A stretch of 64,000 bases of DNA. Origin: Nitrospirota bacterium. GTDB taxonomy: Bacteria > Nitrospirota > Nitrospiria > JACQBZ01. Within the stretch, counting starts at the first letter, position 1. Every line of letters starts with the position of its first letter. A model generated the notes under the pieces. The model had not been told where the DNA came from. It did not search any database and saw nothing but the letters and a program-made list of their open reading frames with translations. The DNA lies in the NCBI GenBank assembly GCA_016201865.1, contig JACQCA010000025.1, forward strand, positions 3,551 through 67,550. Reading direction: 5' to 3'. Made by a program: the position numbers and the translations under genes. Positions 61,052 to 64,000 of the stretch are shown here, in pieces.

Positions 61052-61418
61052 TTTGGACCTCCTTTGCAGATGATTCGTCTAACAGGACGTTGAAAAACTC
61101 GCTTAAATAAATTTGATTCTCGTTATGAAGAAAAATTTCACTCTCAAAACGGTATGGACTGGGGAAAATCTTCGTATAAAAAAATTGGGGAAATTAGGGA
61201 CAGACACTATTTATTGAGATCCTTTCTTGGGTCTTCCCCTCGGTAAGACGCTTCCACATTGTAAACGGGAGTCTTGTCCGAGACGCCCACGCCGGCGGAG
61301 AATTAATGGCGGGAGTATACCCCTTGGAATCAAGGCTGTCAATATAGTGTACGAAGGCCGCCGCGTCCTTGACTTCCACGCGCCCGTCTTATAAACTCCA
61401 CCTTGATAGAGGCGCTTT

Positions 61419-61865
61419 ATGACGATGAAAGAAGATACGGCATCTCTTGTTGAGAAACTGAAGACGATGCTGGAGCCGAGACAAGAAATCGCGGCAGCCT
61501 ACCTCTACGGCTCCACGGCCGAAGGAACCGCCGGCCGTCACAGCGATGTGGATATCGCCATCCTGCGGGATGAGACCGCTACCGACAAGGACTATCCCTT
61601 CGGTTATAAGGCCGAGCTCCTATCGGATCTCATGAAAACCCTCCGCACCAATTCCGTCGATCTCGTTATTGCCAACCATGCTCCTCCCTTCCTCCGGTTT
61701 CAGATCGTCCGTCATGGCCGGTTGATTTTCTCACGGTCTGAAGCTCTGACGATAGAATTCCAGGTCAAAGCGATTGCCGAATACGACGACATCAAGAGGC
61801 TGCAAGATATCCAGAACCGATACCTTTCCAAACGGCTCAAAAACGGGACCTACGGAAAAACATAA
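61419..61865 (+). CDS. mntA: Nucleotidyltransferase antitoxin (MntA-like)
   Basis: YGSTAEGTAGRHSDVDIAIL. Confidence 0.8.
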   Translation: MTMKEDTASLVEKLKTMLEPRQEIAAAYLYGSTAEGTAGRHSDVDIAILRDETATDKDYPFGYKAELLSDLMKTLRTNSVDLVIANHAPPFLRFQIVRHGRLIFSRSEALTIEFQVKAIAEYDDIKRLQDIQNRYLSKRLKNGTYGKT

Positions 61866-62294
61866 ATGGACACAAGGCTGATCAGGAAAAAACTTGGCGA
61901 ACTGGAAAAGTACGTTCAAGCTCTCGAAAAACTGAAGCCCCATACGCTCCAAGAGTTGCGCTCGGACATGGTCAAAGCGTGGTCCGTGGAGCATGGCCTT
62001 CAACTGGCCATCCAGACCGTCATTGATACCGGAAGCCACATCCTGGCCGCGCTGGGAGAGCAGGAGATCGAAGACTACGCCGACGTCATGGATAAGCTTG
62101 GGGAACGGAATATTCTACCGGCAGCCTTTGCGAAGACGATCCGGGGCATGGTGGGCGTTAGGAACATCCTGGTTCACGAGTACGCCGCGGTGGATCTGAA
62201 AAAGATACACGAGATTCTGAAAAGCAGGCTGGACGATTTCCGAAAATTTGCCAAGTGTATCGACGAATACCTTTCTTCCTCATCGAAATCCTGA
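61866..62294 (+). CDS. hepT: HepT/DUF86 HEPN-type toxin
   Basis: RNILVHEYAAVD (Rx4-6H HEPN motif). Starts 1 nt after the mntA stop. Confidence 0.8.
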   Translation: MDTRLIRKKLGELEKYVQALEKLKPHTLQELRSDMVKAWSVEHGLQLAIQTVIDTGSHILAALGEQEIEDYADVMDKLGERNILPAAFAKTIRGMVGVRNILVHEYAAVDLKKIHEILKSRLDDFRKFAKCIDEYLSSSSKS

Positions 62295-62458
62295 TTCAGT
62301 AAGCAATAGTGACAGTCTTTATTACGCTCCATTAAGCTCTCCAACATCAAAAACCCAAAAAAATCGGTTACCTTTTTATACGGCTTGACAGGGAATGGCT
62401 CCGGTTGCGTAAGAAGATTTAGGTCTGTTATACTGGCGTCAATTCATGGAGGCCGAGA

Positions 62459-62818
62459 GTGATCACTGAGGAGGCTATACAACAGCGGTTAGGCGCCATT
62501 GCCTGTCCCATCTGTCGCAAGCAGGATTTTCTCGTCCGCATCAAGACGGAAAGTCCGGATGGAGAGAATGTTTACACCGCCATCTGCGCCGGCTGCCGGT
62601 ATAACTTTCCGGTCAGTACCGAGAACAAACTGTATCAGCTCTCGAATCCCGATACCGCTTCCTGGCTCAAGGGGTTTCCCTGCCCGGAATGCATGACGCG
62701 CGGGGTGGAGCTTGATTTCCGGTGCACCGTGACCGTCCGGGAAAGCCGCATCTTTCTACGTTGTAAAAGCTGCCGCCATGAATTCAACGAGTCGATGCCG
62801 GGCGAAGCTTATGAATAA
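62459..62818 (+). CDS. Double zinc-ribbon hypothetical protein
   Basis: CPICRK...CAGCRY and CPECMTRG...CKSCRHEF. Confidence 0.5.
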   Translation: MITEEAIQQRLGAIACPICRKQDFLVRIKTESPDGENVYTAICAGCRYNFPVSTENKLYQLSNPDTASWLKGFPCPECMTRGVELDFRCTVTVRESRIFLRCKSCRHEFNESMPGEAYE

Positions 62819-62839
62819 AGCTCTAACCAAGGAGTTTCA

Positions 62840-63094
62840 ATGACACCCGAAATGCAACAAAGCCTTGCCGATGTCCAAAGCGCATTGGAGAAATTGAACC
62901 GAACGCTCACGGCCGAGTTGGCCGAAATCGAGCGGGATGGCGCCACGCCTTCCAAAATCCAGCATCTGAAGGAAGGCATCAAAGCGGTCAAGGATAGCGG
63001 GAACATGGTGTTGATCTGGGCGGACTTTATTGCACGAGGAGACATGGAAGATCCTGAAAATCCCGACGTGATCAGGGATCCGAATCCTCGGTAG
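62840..63094 (+). CDS. Hypothetical small helical protein
   Basis: 84-aa ORF 22 nt after the zinc-ribbon gene. Confidence 0.4.
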   Translation: MTPEMQQSLADVQSALEKLNRTLTAELAEIERDGATPSKIQHLKEGIKAVKDSGNMVLIWADFIARGDMEDPENPDVIRDPNPR

Positions 63095-63123
63095 TCTATC
63101 GGGCCCTTATGGATAGGCCGGGC

Positions 63124-64000
63124 TTACGAAATCCGATCCGTCAAACGGGACATCGCTTCAAAATATTTTTCGCTCGTCTTCTGAATGACCTCTTTGGGCA
63201 GATGCGGGGCCGGCGGCCGGTGGTTCCACCGGATCAAATCAAGGTAGTCACGCACATACTGCTTGTCAAAACTGGGCTGAGGTCCCCCCGAAACATAACC
63301 GTCTTTGGGCCAGAAGCGTGAAGAGTCCGGCGTCAGAACTTCGTCAATCAGAACCAGCCGCCCCGTTTTTGGATCGAGACCGAACTCAAGCTTGGTATCG
63401 GCGATGATAATCCCGCGTGCGGCCGCAAAATCCGAGGCCCGCTTGTAAATCTTCAAACTCATGGAACGCACCTCTTCGGCAACGGCCTCTCCGAGCGTCT
63501 CGACCATCTGTTTAAAAGAAATATTGATGTCATGACCCTCGACGGCCTTGGTGGACGGGGTGAAAATCGGCTCGGGAAGTTTTTCGGACTCCGTCAATCC
63601 GGCCGGCAAAGACAACTCGCAAATCGTCCCGGTCTGCCGATACTCCTTCCAGCCTGAACCGGACAGATATCCCCGGACGATGCATTCGACCGGAAGCGGT
63701 TTTGTTTTCCGCACCAGCATGCTGCGGCCGGACAGGATTTCTTTATAGCGACGACAGGGATTGGGAAATTTTTCAAGGTCCATGCTTATCAAGTGGTGGA
63801 CAACAGCATCCTTCATGGATCCAAGCCAGTCGAACCAAAATTTGGAAAGTTGGGTCAGCACAAACCCTTTGCCGGGAATTCCGTCCGGTAGAACCAGATC
63901 AAAAGCCGAGAGCCGGTCCGTCGCCACCAAGAGAAGAAGATCGCCCAGATCGTAAATGTCCCGGACCTTCCCTTGCTTTCTGGGCCCGATTGCTTCCAGG
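63124..64000 (-). CDS. purC: Phosphoribosylaminoimidazole-succinocarboxamide synthase (SAICAR synthetase), 5'-truncated at the window edge
   Basis: ...[36 protein letters not shown]... continues in frame to position 64000. Confidence 0.9.
   Translation of the reverse strand, partial: LEAIGPRKQGKVRDIYDLGDLLLLVATDRLSAFDLVLPDGIPGKGFVLTQLSKFWFDWLGSMKDAVVHHLISMDLEKFPNPCRRYKEILSGRSMLVRKTKPLPVECIVRGYLSGSGWKEYRQTGTICELSLPAGLTESEKLPEPIFTPSTKAVEGHDINISFKQMVETLGEAVAEEVRSMSLKIYKRASDFAAARGIIIADTKLEFGLDPKTGRLVLIDEVLTPDSSRFWPKDGYVSGGPQPSFDKQYVRDYLDLIRWNHRPPAPHLPKEVIQKTSEKYFEAMSRLTDRIS

Larger units (their letters stand above)
59114..61210 (-). mobile_element. 2.1-kb low-GC module bounded by a perfect 16-bp inverted repeat (ATAGTGTCTGTCCCTA / TAGGGACAGACACTAT). 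Carries three minus-strand genes and no recombinase
   Basis: IR arms at 59114-59129 and 61195-61210, extending to ~21 bp with one indel. Interior is AT-rich relative to the genome. Confidence 0.45.

Noticed and set aside
61194-61379. 61-aa minus-strand ORF in the region upstream of the HEAT-repeat gene
   Set aside because: Lies across the inverted-repeat arm and the promoter region. No RBS or coding-like composition.
62376-62425. Possible sigma70 promoter TTGACA...TATACT upstream of the zinc-ribbon gene
   Set aside because: The -35 to -10 spacing is 38 nt, incompatible with a sigma70 promoter.

Overview
This is a high-GC (~60%) chromosomal window from a Gram-negative bacterium. Most of it is co-directional housekeeping genes, interrupted by several low-GC accessory islands. 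Left half, plus strand: a partial DUF11 surface protein, then gatB, eno, ftsB, era, recO, lepA, lepB, and an LPS/lipid block (heptose kinase, kdsB, pyrG, kdsA, kdsD, kdsC, an LpxL-family acyltransferase, pgsA, plsY) with many 4-nt ATGA start/stop overlaps; then a TPR/Cys4 membrane protein, a DUF4388 protein and htrA. Centre, 21991-30027: one uninterrupted 8,037-nt ORF of 2,678 aa. In a single frame it fuses an ETF:quinone-oxidoreductase/FixC-FixX-like module (FAD, hydrophobic anchor, 4Fe-4S), a degenerate acyl-CoA-dehydrogenase-like module, a canonical acyl-CoA dehydrogenase, an EtfB-like module and an EtfA-like module. That is a whole acyl-CoA to ETF to quinone electron-transfer chain in one polypeptide. 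It is expressed from an apparently leaderless extended -10 promoter and followed by a REP-like double hairpin. I regard this as the most unusual feature of the window. Right half, mostly minus strand: redox and envelope genes (PEBP, J-domain protein, DsbA-like, OsmC, an outer-membrane beta-barrel); sucC and sucD split by a translationally coupled Reg_prop beta-propeller lipoprotein; and a reductive-TCA-type cluster (aclB-aclA, aconitase, FrdA/FrdB-like flavoprotein and Fe-S subunits, monomeric icd). The aclBA genes plus high GC suggest a Nitrospira-like autotroph, but this is not proven. Interspersed are low-GC islands with toxin-antitoxin-like pairs (DUF4258/DUF2283, VapBC, HEPN/MNT, DUF433/DUF5615, HepT/MntA). 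Two copies of a ~125-nt conserved element each sit directly upstream of unrelated low-GC cargo genes. A 2.1-kb low-GC module is bounded by a perfect 16-bp inverted repeat. No rRNA, tRNA or CRISPR array was seen. purC is truncated at the right edge.
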